From positions 32,001 to 96,000 of the IMG/VR virus record IMGVR_UViG_3300037400_006004: 64,000 nt of DNA; one strand, 5' to 3'. The notes under the pieces were generated by a model. The model had not been told where the DNA came from and made no database searches. It worked only from the letters and a program-made list of their open reading frames with translations. Source of the DNA: a virus. Lineage: Duplodnaviria; Caudoviricetes. Numbering within the stretch: the first letter of the stretch is position 1; every line of letters begins with the position of its first letter. Positions 18,369 through 28,897 of this stretch are shown one piece after another. A program made the translations under genes and the position numbers.

Positions 18369-21300
18369 ATGGCTGTTGATGTTACTAATAAAATACCAAC
18401 TGTTGAATACAGTGATCCTTCTGTAGATACTAATGCTAAATCAATTATTAAAATTAATTCAACTAACTATAACGTGTATGATAATTGGTTTGATTTTATT
18501 AAAAAATATTTTGGTGTAGATCAAGTAGGAAATCCTTATATTAATACATTAAAGTCTTCATTCTTTGGTTACTTTAATGAACTTGCTTCAAGTGAAATTA
18601 AAAATGCAGTATATCATAGAAATTTCTTATATGATGAACATTTTTTAAATACTGCTATACTTCCTGAAAGCATTTATAATTTTGCTAAGCAGTTTAACGT
18701 TCCTATTGATACTGCAACACCAGCTACTATGTTTTTAAAAATCGGTGTTACAGAAGAAAGTTTAACTTCAAGTTCTCTTTTAAGAGAAATATCAATAGAT
18801 AATGAAAATACAAATAAAAATGCAAATACTTTAAAACTTTATACACTTACATTTACCAGAGATAATACTTTATTTACTGTAGGTAATTATAATTTTTCAT
18901 TAGCTTATCCTATTATATTAACTATACAACAAATAAGCGATGAAGATGATAACTATTCTTATAGCTATGCAGTTAATTATGATACTACAGCAGAGCATTA
19001 TCCTTTTGTTGAAGCAACAGGTTCTTTACCATTCTTAAAAGTTTGGAAAGAAAATGTAAATGGTGTTGATTTTGTATATATTGGATTCCAAGTATATCAA
19101 TTTGAAAAGAGAACTCATGAAGTTCTTATTACTACTTCAGAAGGAAACCCAGATACATTATATCATACTTTTAATTTTGATGATCAGTTAGCATTCTTTG
19201 ATGCTAAATATGAATTTAATGGAAAAATTGCTGATTTACATCTATATTTTAATAATATCTATGTACCAACAGAACAAGAATATTTTGCATATTATACTTA
19301 TTTAAACGATAATTGTATTCAGATGTCTTTTTCATCAGATCAAATAACTGGTTTTAAACCTTCACCTGGTTCTACTATTTATTTTAGAACTTATACTACA
19401 TTAGGTGAAGAAGGAAACTTTGACTATACTGGTGGAGTATCTATGAAATTTACTAATAATACGTCATATAGTTATCTTGATTTCTCTTGTGAAACATTAG
19501 TTAATGGTTCATCTGGCGGTAAAAATAGATTAGATACTTTTGGACAGAAAACTAAAATTCTTGAAAGAATTACTACCAGAAATAATATTATTACCGATAA
19601 TGATTTACTTAAATTCTTTGATTCAGTTAATGAATCTTTAAATATTAATGGAAGTACCATTCAATTTTTAAAGAAACAAGATGATGTTATTAAAAGAATT
19701 TATTGTAATTTCTTACTTTTAAGAGATGAAAATAAACGTGTAATTCCTACTAATACAGCACCACATCTTAAAATTAAAGCATCAGATTTATTGCCTGTTG
19801 GAGATAGTGTTGCTAGTAATAAAGGTTCTAAAACAAAAAATAAATTTGTTCTTAAAGAGCATTCAATTATTAAATGTAATTACGTAAGAGATATTCCAAA
19901 TTATAATCCTTTAACTACTGATCCAGATTTAGTTGTAGATAATTTTGAAGATTATTTCGATAAAGATGATAATATAAGATATTCTCAAGATTATATTAAA
20001 TATATACTTGATAATAATTATTTCCAATCTATTATAGATACTAAAAAAGATTCTTATGAAATTGCTTTAGATAATCTTGAAAGTATATATGATATTATGA
20101 AATTTTTTGAAGTAGAAAATGATGAATTAGTATATACTTTACCATTTATGATTTCTATTGAAAAAGAACCTTTCCTTAAAGCTACTTATTATAATATGGA
20201 TATCAATACTAATGTACAACTTAACTATAAATATTTAAATAGTAAAGTAGGTGCATCATTTAATATTAGCACTCTTTCTATAGAAAAAGATATAAATCCA
20301 ACAGCTACTAATAAATATTCTTTAGATTCTAATGTATATAAATTATCATTTAATTTAAATACTAATTTAAGTTATAGTGATTTAAAGAATAGAGTTGTTG
20401 TTAAATGTATTTTAACAGATGCTAAAGAAACTAAAACATTTGGACATTTCTTCTTCAAATTAAAAGATGTTGAAACTAATAAAGATGGTGTAGTAAGTTA
20501 TTCTTATAAGTATGAAGCTGAACTTGCCACAGACTATACATTTGATAGTGGTATGCTTAATATGTATAATTGTCTTTACAAGAATTCTTCAACTTCAGAT
20601 AATTTTAGAAGTCAGCTTTATAGAACAGTTCCTATTGAAGAAGACATCTGTTTCCAGATTGGTATTCTTTATTATGATAAAAATCAAGCACAAACACAGA
20701 CTAAAGAAGAAAAGGATGACTGGTATTATCCTTTCCCAATAGGATTTATTCAAACTATTGAAGATCCAGTTGATATAATTAATGCTGGTACTGGCGGAAT
20801 ACCTTTTGAAACTTGTGAAAATTTAACAGATCAATCTAACTATTATGATGAAGGAACTGATAAAACTAAATGGGTTGGTTATAAAAATGTAGATTCTGTT
20901 TTATTCCTTCCAGTAGATGAAGATGCTTCAAATGGTAGCGGTACTTTAAATAATAATTATGAATTTTATGAAGATGGTCCATTTGATTGGAATGTTATTA
21001 TAGATGATAAACAACCTTATAAAAATTCTATTGGTAAAGTAGAATATTTCTTAAACGAACATAATTTACTTGATGGAAAGATTATCATTAAAATTAAAGA
21101 TACCTATCCAGTAGATAATCCAGACGCTGATACTAATCATTTAAAGTTAGAAGGTTATGCTAAAATAGCAATTCCTAATTTTGTTTTAGATGTTCATAAT
21201 TATACTATTGAAATTGGACATAAATTATTTTATGATGAAGCATTAACTAATTTTGGAAATACTAATGATAATATTAATATTAATAAAACATTTGATAGAG

Positions 21301-22541
21301 ATGGTAATAAATATATAACATTTACTATTAAAAGTATAATTCGTTTAGAAGATGATCAAGATGTAAGTTATGTAAAACTTATTGCTGAAGAACAACCAGA
21401 TGAAAATGCAACGTCTAATGACACATCAACATATAGAAGAGTTATAGATATTGTAAATATGAAAGGACAATTAGGTTATAGTATTTTACAGCATGTTAAA
21501 TATATGGATAGATTAGCAGTAATGTTTTATAATGCACGTAGATCTGAAACTCTTCCTAATGATAATAGCACAGAAAATCCAGTAGATATATCTCAATTAT
21601 CAATTCAATCAGCTATTTTAACTAGAACTGATAGTGATATTGATAATAATGCTGATTCTAGAGATAATATTGATAACTATGTATTAGCTACTGTTCTTAA
21701 TAACTCTAATACAGTAAAAATGTATCAAAATATGTCTAGTATTATGAGCTCAATAGTTCTTTATGATGAAGAAAATGATGAATTTGATATTGAGTTAGTT
21801 CCTATGATTTCATTAAGATACTATATGGCTAGACCTAAAATGATTTATGATTTACTTACTAAGTTTATAGATATTGTTGATAGTTTACTACCTAGACTTG
21901 AAAATAATACTAATTGTGATATGAAATTCTATAATACTTACGGTCCTTCAAGATATTTCTATTTTAGTAAAGAAGCTATTACTGAAACAAAATATGTTGA
22001 TGCTGAAACAGATGAAGAAGTTGATGTTAATGGTGATGATTTCAATCCTTATAGAAGTACAGTAGTATCTACTAATAATTATACTAAATATAATTATCTA
22101 GGTAGAACCGATATTATTCTTGATTTTACAATTTTTGTAAATGAAAGTGTTACTAATCAAAAGGACGAAGAAATTAAAAAATATATTTCTGACTTTGTAG
22201 AAGCTTCTAATGATGAACTAATACTTCCAATTTCTAATTTAATTACTTCACTTCAAAATAATTTCCCAATTATCAAGTATATTAAATATAATGGTGTATT
22301 TAGTGATATTGTAGATAGTAATAATTCATCAAAAAATAATGATTATCAATTAATCGATAATGATTTTGATTTTAATGCAATGACTAAAGATGAAATTAGA
22401 GTATATGTTCCAGAATATCTTAATGTAAAGAAATCTGTTGTTAAGGAAAATGAAGATACTATTAAATATACTAATGATATATTTGATCTTCTTAGATATT
22501 CTACTTATGATTATGTAATTAATATCACATATAAATTATAA
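18369..22541 (+). CDS. Baseplate wedge protein (T4 gp6/baseplate J-like), enlarged
   Basis: FLNTAILPESIYNFAK, YTTLGEEGNF, SSGGKN, TRNNIITDNDL motifs typical of gp6/J proteins. Confidence 0.75.
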   Translation: MAVDVTNKIPTVEYSDPSVDTNAKSIIKINSTNYNVYDNWFDFIKKYFGVDQVGNPYINTLKSSFFGYFNELASSEIKNAVYHRNFLYDEHFLNTAILPESIYNFAKQFNVPIDTATPATMFLKIGVTEESLTSSSLLREISIDNENTNKNANTLKLYTLTFTRDNTLFTVGNYNFSLAYPIILTIQQISDEDDNYSYSYAVNYDTTAEHYPFVEATGSLPFLKVWKENVNGVDFVYIGFQVYQFEKRTHEVLITTSEGNPDTLYHTFNFDDQLAFFDAKYEFNGKIADLHLYFNNIYVPTEQEYFAYYTYLNDNCIQMSFSSDQITGFKPSPGSTIYFRTYTTLGEEGNFDYTGGVSMKFTNNTSYSYLDFSCETLVNGSSGGKNRLDTFGQKTKILERITTRNNIITDNDLLKFFDSVNESLNINGSTIQFLKKQDDVIKRIYCNFLLLRDENKRVIPTNTAPHLKIKASDLLPVGDSVASNKGSKTKNKFVLKEHSIIKCNYVRDIPNYNPLTTDPDLVVDNFEDYFDKDDNIRYSQDYIKYILDNNYFQSIIDTKKDSYEIALDNLESIYDIMKFFEVENDELVYTLPFMISIEKEPFLKATYYNMDINTNVQLNYKYLNSKVGASFNISTLSIEKDINPTATNKYSLDSNVYKLSFNLNTNLSYSDLKNRVVVKCILTDAKETKTFGHFFFKLKDVETNKDGVVSYSYKYEAELATDYTFDSGMLNMYNCLYKNSSTSDNFRSQLYRTVPIEEDICFQIGILYYDKNQAQTQTKEEKDDWYYPFPIGFIQTIEDPVDIINAGTGGIPFETCENLTDQSNYYDEGTDKTKWVGYKNVDSVLFLPVDEDASNGSGTLNNNYEFYEDGPFDWNVIIDDKQPYKNSIGKVEYFLNEHNLLDGKIIIKIKDTYPVDNPDADTNHLKLEGYAKIAIPNFVLDVHNYTIEIGHKLFYDEALTNFGNTNDNININKTFDRDGNKYITFTIKSIIRLEDDQDVSYVKLIAEEQPDENATSNDTSTYRRVIDIVNMKGQLGYSILQHVKYMDRLAVMFYNARRSETLPNDNSTENPVDISQLSIQSAILTRTDSDIDNNADSRDNIDNYVLATVLNNSNTVKMYQNMSSIMSSIVLYDEENDEFDIELVPMISLRYYMARPKMIYDLLTKFIDIVDSLLPRLENNTNCDMKFYNTYGPSRYFYFSKEAITETKYVDAETDEEVDVNGDDFNPYRSTVVSTNNYTKYNYLGRTDIILDFTIFVNESVTNQKDEEIKKYISDFVEASNDELILPISNLITSLQNNFPIIKYIKYNGVFSDIVDSNNSSKNNDYQLIDNDFDFNAMTKDEIRVYVPEYLNVKKSVVKENEDTIKYTNDIFDLLRYSTYDYVINITYKL

Positions 22542-22581
22542 AAAAAAAGAGATAGGATGTACAGTCCTATCTCTTTTTTTT
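22541..22581. terminator. Bidirectional terminator
   Basis: A8-gagatagga/tcctatctc-T8. Confidence 0.85.
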
Positions 22582-22589
22582 AAACCCTA

Positions 22590-22904
22590 TTATCCCATAT
22601 ATTCTTCGGGATAGAAAGCCTTCAGGATATTCTCCTGAAACCAGCTTTCAGGGTAAACACCTAAAGTTTTTAAAAGCTTTGGTGTTTCTTCATCTTTGAT
22701 TTCGTCGGGCCATTCCTGGAACTGATAGCCATAGAAGCCGAAACCTCTACGAATATCTTCTGAGGAAGGATACACCCCTCCAAAATGGTCTCTAGACTGC
22801 ATTGGCATTCCAGAGACAACTAACCGTGCAATATATACACGGTTAGATTCATCTACCTGCAGATGAAGACTGCAGGTTTCTGACATCGTTATAGTTTTAT
22901 CCAT
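22590..22904 (-). CDS. Hypothetical early protein
   Basis: SD AAGGAGGT; early motif 22984..22997; higher GC than its neighbours. Confidence 0.7.
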   Translation of the reverse strand: MDKTITMSETCSLHLQVDESNRVYIARLVVSGMPMQSRDHFGGVYPSSEDIRRGFGFYGYQFQEWPDEIKDEETPKLLKTLGVYPESWFQENILKAFYPEEYMG

Positions 22905-23054
22905 AATATACCTCCTTATGGATTCTCACTGGGTTAAGTTTACTATGATGTGAGAAATCAATAGTAACTTTTTTTACATAATAATAATACATATTTAGAA
23001 ATATACTTTAAAACAAAAAGTTATAATTTTTATAGAAAAGTGAGGTGTATTGAA

Positions 23055-23903
23055 ATGCAACATTTTCATGAGGAAAAAATTTTAAGTACTTATAATACTA
23101 AAGCTGCTCAAAAAAGAAGAGAGCGTGCTGCTAAAACACAGGAATTGTTAGAGTCATTTGATGCTTTAAGAGAGACAGATGATATAATTGAAGCTAGAAA
23201 AGAAAAAGCTTTAAAGGAAAGTATGTATCAAACATTTGCTACTAGAAGACAAATGGAAAGAAATAATACATATGAATTAAATCAAAAGAATAATTATATT
23301 AATGAACAGATTGATAATCTCGCTAGAGATTTATTCTTCTATACTGTTTATGAATCTCTCTTAGTTGATGAACCAATTAAAAATGCTAATTATCAATATA
23401 TTCGTGAACACACTAATGAATTCTATGATCTTTGTAATAAAAATCAAATGATTTCAGTTAAAGAAGATAGTGGATTTGATGATATTCTTCAAACTGGTAT
23501 TTATATGCTTAAGGAAGAATTAATTGATAATAACAGTTGTGATTTAGGTAGAGTACTTCAAGAAACAGTTGAGAAAGAGAATTTCTTAACTTTCTATGCA
23601 ATAGAATCTATTAAATTTAAGACTGCTGAGAGTCTTAAGAATGAGAAGCAAGCTTCTATTTTAAAGGAACAGTTAATTAGCGAAGACAAGTATGTTGATC
23701 CTTCTAAGTCTTTATTTAGATATCTTTTTGAAAATAATATTAGAGATACTATTGATAAAACAAATGTAACTGAACCTGAAAGCCTACAAGATATGGCTAT
23801 GCTAGAAACTATTCTAGATTACACTATTATGGAAGCTGCAAATACTCTACAGCTAGTTGAATTTACTAATCTTAAGTCTATTTGCAATAGTAAATCTAAT
23901 TAA
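23055..23903 (+). CDS. Virion structural protein (probable processed head protein)
   Basis: Late promoter 23012..23023; helical, with many LxE/IxE sites. Confidence 0.55.
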   Translation: MQHFHEEKILSTYNTKAAQKRRERAAKTQELLESFDALRETDDIIEARKEKALKESMYQTFATRRQMERNNTYELNQKNNYINEQIDNLARDLFFYTVYESLLVDEPIKNANYQYIREHTNEFYDLCNKNQMISVKEDSGFDDILQTGIYMLKEELIDNNSCDLGRVLQETVEKENFLTFYAIESIKFKTAESLKNEKQASILKEQLISEDKYVDPSKSLFRYLFENNIRDTIDKTNVTEPESLQDMAMLETILDYTIMEAANTLQLVEFTNLKSICNSKSN

Positions 23904-23909
23904 TTATAA

Positions 23910-23938
23910 ATCCCTAATACCTTTTAGGTATTAGGGAT
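23910..23938. terminator. Bidirectional terminator
   Basis: atccctaatacct/aggtattagggat. Confidence 0.8.
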
Positions 23939-23944
23939 ATTTTA

Positions 23945-24775
23945 TTAAATATAAATATGGTATCTAATATTAAAGGATGATAATAACTTCTTAGAAAGAG
24001 AAATTTCGTCAAATGTTAATCTACTTGCAAGAGTAATACTATTAGTGTCAATATCAGTAATTAAACCAGATTGACCGATTTCACAATATGCTAACACTAA
24101 ACCAATTTCACTAAAAGATTTACCAATTAAATCATAAGAACCAATGCTAAATTTAATAATATACTCAACTTCAAAATTTTCAGTATTAATCTTTAATTCA
24201 GAATTAGTTGTATTAATAGCTTTACAATAATAATTATCTTGATCCTGAAAGCTTGCTGGAGAGAAATACTTAATAGTACTATTAGCATCTCTAATAATAT
24301 AATCTTGATTAAAAGATTCTGAATTAATATTAATAAATTCATCAATATTTTGATAACTTCCTGCTGTATTTAATAAAGTTCCTCCTGCATCTGCAACAGA
24401 AATCATAGGAACTGGAATAAAGCTAGTAGTATTATTATCTAAATCAGGTGTTTCAATAAAATTATCAGTAGGTGAAGGAACTCTTAAAATACTGGGATTA
24501 CTAATATTAGCTCCATTGTTACCAAACATAAAACCGCATATAGTTGGTACATAATTTTCTTTACCTTCTGTTTTTTCAGGAAGATAAGTACCTGCAACTG
24601 TTTGAAGAATTTTTTCATCTTTGAAAAGATTATATAAAATAGCAAGTCTTGTTGATAAAAGAATTAAATTATTTATTTTTTTAATTAAATTTCCTTTATC
24701 ATCAAAAATTTCTACCATACCTCTTATTGGTTTATGTTCTAAATCATATTCTCTAAAATTAAGTGGTGATGACAT
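23945..24775 (-). CDS. Probable baseplate/tail-fibre attachment protein
   Basis: GMVEIFD...NLIL...GFMFGNNGA...SEIGL...LASRLTF pattern; late promoter 24806..24817. Confidence 0.5.
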   Translation of the reverse strand: MSSPLNFREYDLEHKPIRGMVEIFDDKGNLIKKINNLILLSTRLAILYNLFKDEKILQTVAGTYLPEKTEGKENYVPTICGFMFGNNGANISNPSILRVPSPTDNFIETPDLDNNTTSFIPVPMISVADAGGTLLNTAGSYQNIDEFININSESFNQDYIIRDANSTIKYFSPASFQDQDNYYCKAINTTNSELKINTENFEVEYIIKFSIGSYDLIGKSFSEIGLVLAYCEIGQSGLITDIDTNSITLASRLTFDEISLSKKLLSSFNIRYHIYI

Positions 24776-24880
24776 AATAAAACCTTCTTTCAATATAGTT
24801 TTTTATAATATTAAGTTAGTTTTATATTTAAATGTAAAACTAACATATTTGTATAATAAACTATTTAAGGAGAAAAATTA

Positions 24881-25507
24881 ATGGGTATTGCTGAAAAAAC
24901 GGTAAGAAAGAAAAATGAAAAAATAAAAAAAGCGAATGTAACTATTATTGATTATAATGATGATGCACTTTATTATGATCGAGAATCAAAAGAGCATTTA
25001 AAAGCTGTATCTATTGGTATTGGTATAGATCAATGTATTGAACCTCAAATGAGACCTAGAAAAGGTGGATTTGGTAATTTGTATGATCCATTGGAGAAAT
25101 ACAAGAATATATTAAGAGAAAAAGTAAAAGAACAATTGGAAATAAATAATATAAAAATTGATATAAGTGAAGATAAATATATTAAAAGTACAATTGTAGT
25201 AATTAAAGAACCTCCATCAACTCTTACTAAAAAAGAAAAGTTATACGCTTTACTAGGAAAATTTAAATTTAATAAAAAACCAGATATTGATAACTGTGTA
25301 AAAACTATTTATGATAGCTTCGAAAAAATATTCTTTTTTAATGATAGCCAAGTAACTACAGAAACTTTTACAAAAAGATATGGTACACATGATTTTACTA
25401 AAATATATTTAGATATATTTGATCAACCAAAAATTACTGGAAGACTTACTAAAAAAGAATTAGAGAAATATCCAGAAGAAATCATAAATTATATAAATAA
25501 TACTTAA
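24881..25507 (+). CDS. rusA: RusA-like Holliday junction resolvase
   Basis: KPDIDNCVKTIYD...FFNDSQV catalytic motif; late promoter 24842..24853. Confidence 0.85.
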   Translation: MGIAEKTVRKKNEKIKKANVTIIDYNDDALYYDRESKEHLKAVSIGIGIDQCIEPQMRPRKGGFGNLYDPLEKYKNILREKVKEQLEINNIKIDISEDKYIKSTIVVIKEPPSTLTKKEKLYALLGKFKFNKKPDIDNCVKTIYDSFEKIFFFNDSQVTTETFTKRYGTHDFTKIYLDIFDQPKITGRLTKKELEKYPEEIINYINNT

Positions 25508-25531
25508 AAATATGGAAGGAATGACTTAATT

Positions 25532-26008
25532 ATGGCAAATAATTTAGATGAACTTTTTACTGATGAAGATAGAAATGAGTTAGAACAAATTCAAAAAATG
25601 AGAAAAAATATTCTTAAGAATATTGGAATTGCTAATTTTATTGATCTTATTAGAAATCTTATTGATGATTCAGAGCATTATGAATTTACTTCAGCTGCTA
25701 AACGAAAATTTATTAGTATTAATACACCAATTTTTACTATTAGAAAAAAAGATTTTGTCTATAATGAAAAAGATTATAGAACTCAAGGAAATAAAGATGA
25801 TAAGATTAATGAAATTACTAAAGAAATCACTAAAGAAATTTTAGATAAAACTACTACAGCTATTCTTAATATCATTAATAGTGATGAAGAACTTAAAAAA
25901 ATTTATGGAGATATTAATGAAACTTTAAGAGGACTTATGTGGACTACTGTATTTGAAATTAGAGTTTCATTACAAGATAATATCATTTATATGAGATATT
26001 GTATTTAA
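25532..26008 (+). CDS. Hypothetical protein
   Basis: 158-aa ORF following rusA. Confidence 0.7.
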   Translation: MANNLDELFTDEDRNELEQIQKMRKNILKNIGIANFIDLIRNLIDDSEHYEFTSAAKRKFISINTPIFTIRKKDFVYNEKDYRTQGNKDDKINEITKEITKEILDKTTTAILNIINSDEELKKIYGDINETLRGLMWTTVFEIRVSLQDNIIYMRYCI

Positions 26009-26224
26009 AATTCTTAGAAAAGATAATCTAAATGCAATTAATAGATTTATAGATTCTTATAATCTAGATATTTCTTGTAATAAGTAAGGCTATTAAGTGG
26101 TATTGCACTTGAAAATTACCAGAATGTGATTATATATATTTTATTAAAGGACGGTCTAAATCAAGAAGTTATATTGTTGAAATGTAGTAGCTAAAACTAC
26201 ATATACCAAGTCTTTAAAAAATAA

Positions 26225-26265
26225 AAATTATTCCCTATAGGTTTAAAACCTATAGGGAATAATTT
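26225..26265. terminator. Bidirectional terminator (CCTATAGG family)
   Basis: aaattattccctataggtt/aacctatagggaataattt. Confidence 0.85.
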
Positions 26266-26271
26266 AGAAAT

Positions 26272-26423
26272 ATTAACCCAACCAGTAACATACTTATCAA
26301 AAGGAATTTTACCCACATACTCAATAGTATTAGTTATTCTATTTCTCTTTGTACTTCATTATAATCATATCCAGCTTCAGTAAGAAGTCTTCTTCTTTTT
26401 TCGCCATTACTCCATTTACCTTC
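26272..26423 (-). pseudogene. Cell-wall-binding remnants downstream of the lysin amber stop (CW_7, then SH3-like fragment)
   Basis: In frame after TAG: EGKWSNGEKRRRLLTEAGYDYNEVQREIE*; in the -1 frame: RITNTIEYVGKIPFDKYVTGWVN. Confidence 0.6.
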
Positions 26424-27143
26424 CTATATTTCGTTAGCAATTTCTTCAACAAGTTTTTCAGATTTAATTGATTGATGATTTGGATCAGCAAAAGAAACAC
26501 CAATAATTTTTGGATAATCTTTAAAAGAGTAATCCGTATATACTGCTCCACATTTGTCACATCCTGGAATTTTTCCAGATCTAGTGCATTCGGAAGTATT
26601 ACCAATAATAGCATACTGCCAACAACTCCATTCATTAGGAGAACAATTACCCATAGAAGTTGACCATTTTGCTAACCATTTTTCATATGGAATTTCAGCC
26701 ATATTAAATCTATTAATAGCTGAATAGGAAGTATATATACCTGCTTTATAGCCAGCAGCTTCTACTGTTTTACACCAATTATTAACCATATTAGTTAATG
26801 TAGCTTTACTAACACCATTTACTAAAGATGTCTTAGGATCTTCAACATCATAATAGCATGGGAATGAGAATTTCTTTTCTTTAATTACAGAAAGAAATGC
26901 ATTAGCTTCTACAATACCATCTTCAGGAGTATTTGCATAACTAAACCAATAACAACCTACTTCTAATCCTGCTTCAGTTGCTTTCTTATAATATTCTTCA
27001 AATCTATTATCTTTTTGGCTAGCAACTCTACCATAACCTGTTCTAAGAATGACAAAATTGTATCCTCCTGCTTTTAATTTTTTAAAATTTACAGTTCCAT
27101 TCCACTGTGAGAGGTCTACACCATTATATAAGATATCTGACAT
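26424..27143 (-). CDS. GH25 muramidase endolysin (ends at TAG inside a CW_7 domain)
   Basis: GVDLSQWNG, ILRTGYG, GCYWFSYA, YYDVED, CWQY; late promoter 27171..27182. Confidence 0.9.
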   Translation of the reverse strand: MSDILYNGVDLSQWNGTVNFKKLKAGGYNFVILRTGYGRVASQKDNRFEEYYKKATEAGLEVGCYWFSYANTPEDGIVEANAFLSVIKEKKFSFPCYYDVEDPKTSLVNGVSKATLTNMVNNWCKTVEAAGYKAGIYTSYSAINRFNMAEIPYEKWLAKWSTSMGNCSPNEWSCWQYAIIGNTSECTRSGKIPGCDKCGAVYTDYSFKDYPKIIGVSFADPNHQSIKSEKLVEEIANEI

Positions 27144-27268
27144 AAAAAATCACTCCTAAACAAAATAAAATAAATTATTGTTGGATGTAAGAAAATTATA
27201 TAAAACTTAAGTAAAATATGAAAAAAAAATATGAGAGAACCCTATAAAGAGTTCTCTCATACTCGCTC

Positions 27269-27574
27269 TTACATGGTAAACACTTTTGTAAGAACGATAT
27301 AAAAGTTTTCGATGAGGCTACGAAAAGTGATAGTAGCCTCAACTATGTATAAGAATGGAAGAATCATAAACAACATTGATCCGTCCAAGAAGAAAACTGC
27401 TATCTTCCTTAACAGTTTTCCGAAGCCAATCTTATTGGCTTTGTCGCCATAGATACCTATGGCGACAATTGCTATTGCAAGACCCATAAGGCCGACTGCA
27501 ATAGCAGCGTAAAATGATGCTGATGAGGCAAATGCAATTGCCTCATCAGCATCATTGAAAAATGAAATTTTCAT
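27269..27574 (-). CDS. Small early membrane protein
   Basis: Two hydrophobic segments; SD AAAGGAG; early motif 27624..27637; hairpin 27230..27261. Confidence 0.6.
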   Translation of the reverse strand: MKISFFNDADEAIAFASSASFYAAIAVGLMGLAIAIVAIGIYGDKANKIGFGKLLRKIAVFFLDGSMLFMILPFLYIVEATITFRSLIENFYIVLTKVFTM

Positions 27575-27688
27575 GCTATCGTCTCCTTTCTTGTCCTTGT
27601 CCGTATTAGTTGATAGCACAATTATAATACATTTTTAAGCTATTAATTTGTTACGGTTTTCTCTTTTTCTAAAATAATCTGAAGAATC

Positions 27689-27904
27689 TCAAGGATTGCA
27701 TCTTTCATGTCGTTCATTGTCATCCACCTCCACTACATTAATATCAAGATCTTCGTTAATATGTGTCTCTAGTTTGTCTGGAATAAATTGATCGTGTACT
27801 ACTTGTTCCCAATCAACCTCTTCATTTTCATCTTCTACTTCTGTCTCAAGGTCAACATAATACGTAAGAGTTTCGATTACCATTACCTGCTTTTTTACTT
27901 TCAT
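27689..27904 (-). CDS. Small acidic hypothetical protein
   Basis: MKVKKQ start after AGGAGG. Confidence 0.65.
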   Translation of the reverse strand: MKVKKQVMVIETLTYYVDLETEVEDENEEVDWEQVVHDQFIPDKLETHINEDLDINVVEVDDNERHERCNP

Positions 27905-27947
27905 TAATATTCCTCCTTTGAATAAAAATTGGGTTAAGGATTTCTCC

Positions 27948-28307
27948 TTAACCCAATAAATTATCGAGATCATTAAAGTTTCTTAATTGAGGATTTGGAT
28001 CTTCCTGAACTGGAAGTTCCGCATCTAGCTTCTTTTCAGCTAAGCGAGTTCTCTCTTCTTGCTTTGTCTCGAAATAAGCTTTACATAAATAACCTAAAAT
28101 AGCTGCAATAAGACATCTAATTATTTCCGTACTGACATCTGTTACTGTATTTGAATCACCATACTTAATTAATGCAATTGTAGCTAATACATAAGACCAA
28201 GTGACCCAAATGACCGATAGCCATAAAACGAGAATTATTAGTCTTTTTGTAAAGGTTAAATATGTATCTTTTTTCTTACTTGAAGTTGATTTCTTAACTT
28301 GTTTCAT
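27948..28307 (-). CDS. Probable holin
   Basis: Basic N-terminus, two TM helices, charged C-terminus; late promoter 28333..28344; near the lysin. Confidence 0.55.
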   Translation of the reverse strand: MKQVKKSTSSKKKDTYLTFTKRLIILVLWLSVIWVTWSYVLATIALIKYGDSNTVTDVSTEIIRCLIAAILGYLCKAYFETKQEERTRLAEKKLDAELPVQEDPNPQLRNFNDLDNLLG

Positions 28308-28400
28308 ATTATCACATCCTTTACAATATTTATAAAAGGATGTTCAAATAATGAAAAAATATAGGTGATAACAAAAGTTATCACCTATATTATAATTTAT

Positions 28401-28772
28401 TTAATCTTCAAATCTATCTCCGTTTATGTTGATAGTATCAGAGATTTCTCCTGTTACTTCTCTAACGTATTTTGTAAACTTTTCAGCCCACTTAGCATAT
28501 TTCTTATATGCCTTTTCTCTTGCTACTCGTCTTCCTATGGAGCGATTGAATGTATCGCCTTCTGCACATTTAGAATATGCAGTAAAACTTTCTGGAACAT
28601 ATAAAATTTTTGGAAGTGGCTTAGACATATACTTAGGATTTGATTCTCTAAGAATACTTCTTACACTTTCACAGATTGCTTCAGCTTTCCAGCAGTCTAG
28701 CATCTGAAGCTCGCACTTAGTTGTACCAGTCTTTTCAGACACACCGTAAACCTCTCTGAACTTGAACTTCAT
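28401..28772 (-). CDS. Hypothetical early protein
   Basis: CAEGDTFNRSIGRRVAREKA pattern; early motif 28826..28839; terminator 28358..28391. Confidence 0.65.
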   Translation of the reverse strand: MKFKFREVYGVSEKTGTTKCELQMLDCWKAEAICESVRSILRESNPKYMSKPLPKILYVPESFTAYSKCAEGDTFNRSIGRRVAREKAYKKYAKWAEKFTKYVREVTGEISDTININGDRFED

Positions 28773-28897
28773 AAATATTTCTCCTTTAATTAAAATTTTT
28801 AGTGTATGAAAATTCATACACTAAAATAATATATATTTATTTTATTCATTGGAAAACAAAGCCTTATTAATATAATAAAATAAAAGGAGTGAGAATA

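Noticed and set aside
26339-26635. 98-aa ORF overlapping the lysin (possible spanin-like nested gene)
   Set aside because: No SD or lipobox; the recognisable CW_7 sequence is in the lysin frame, not this one.
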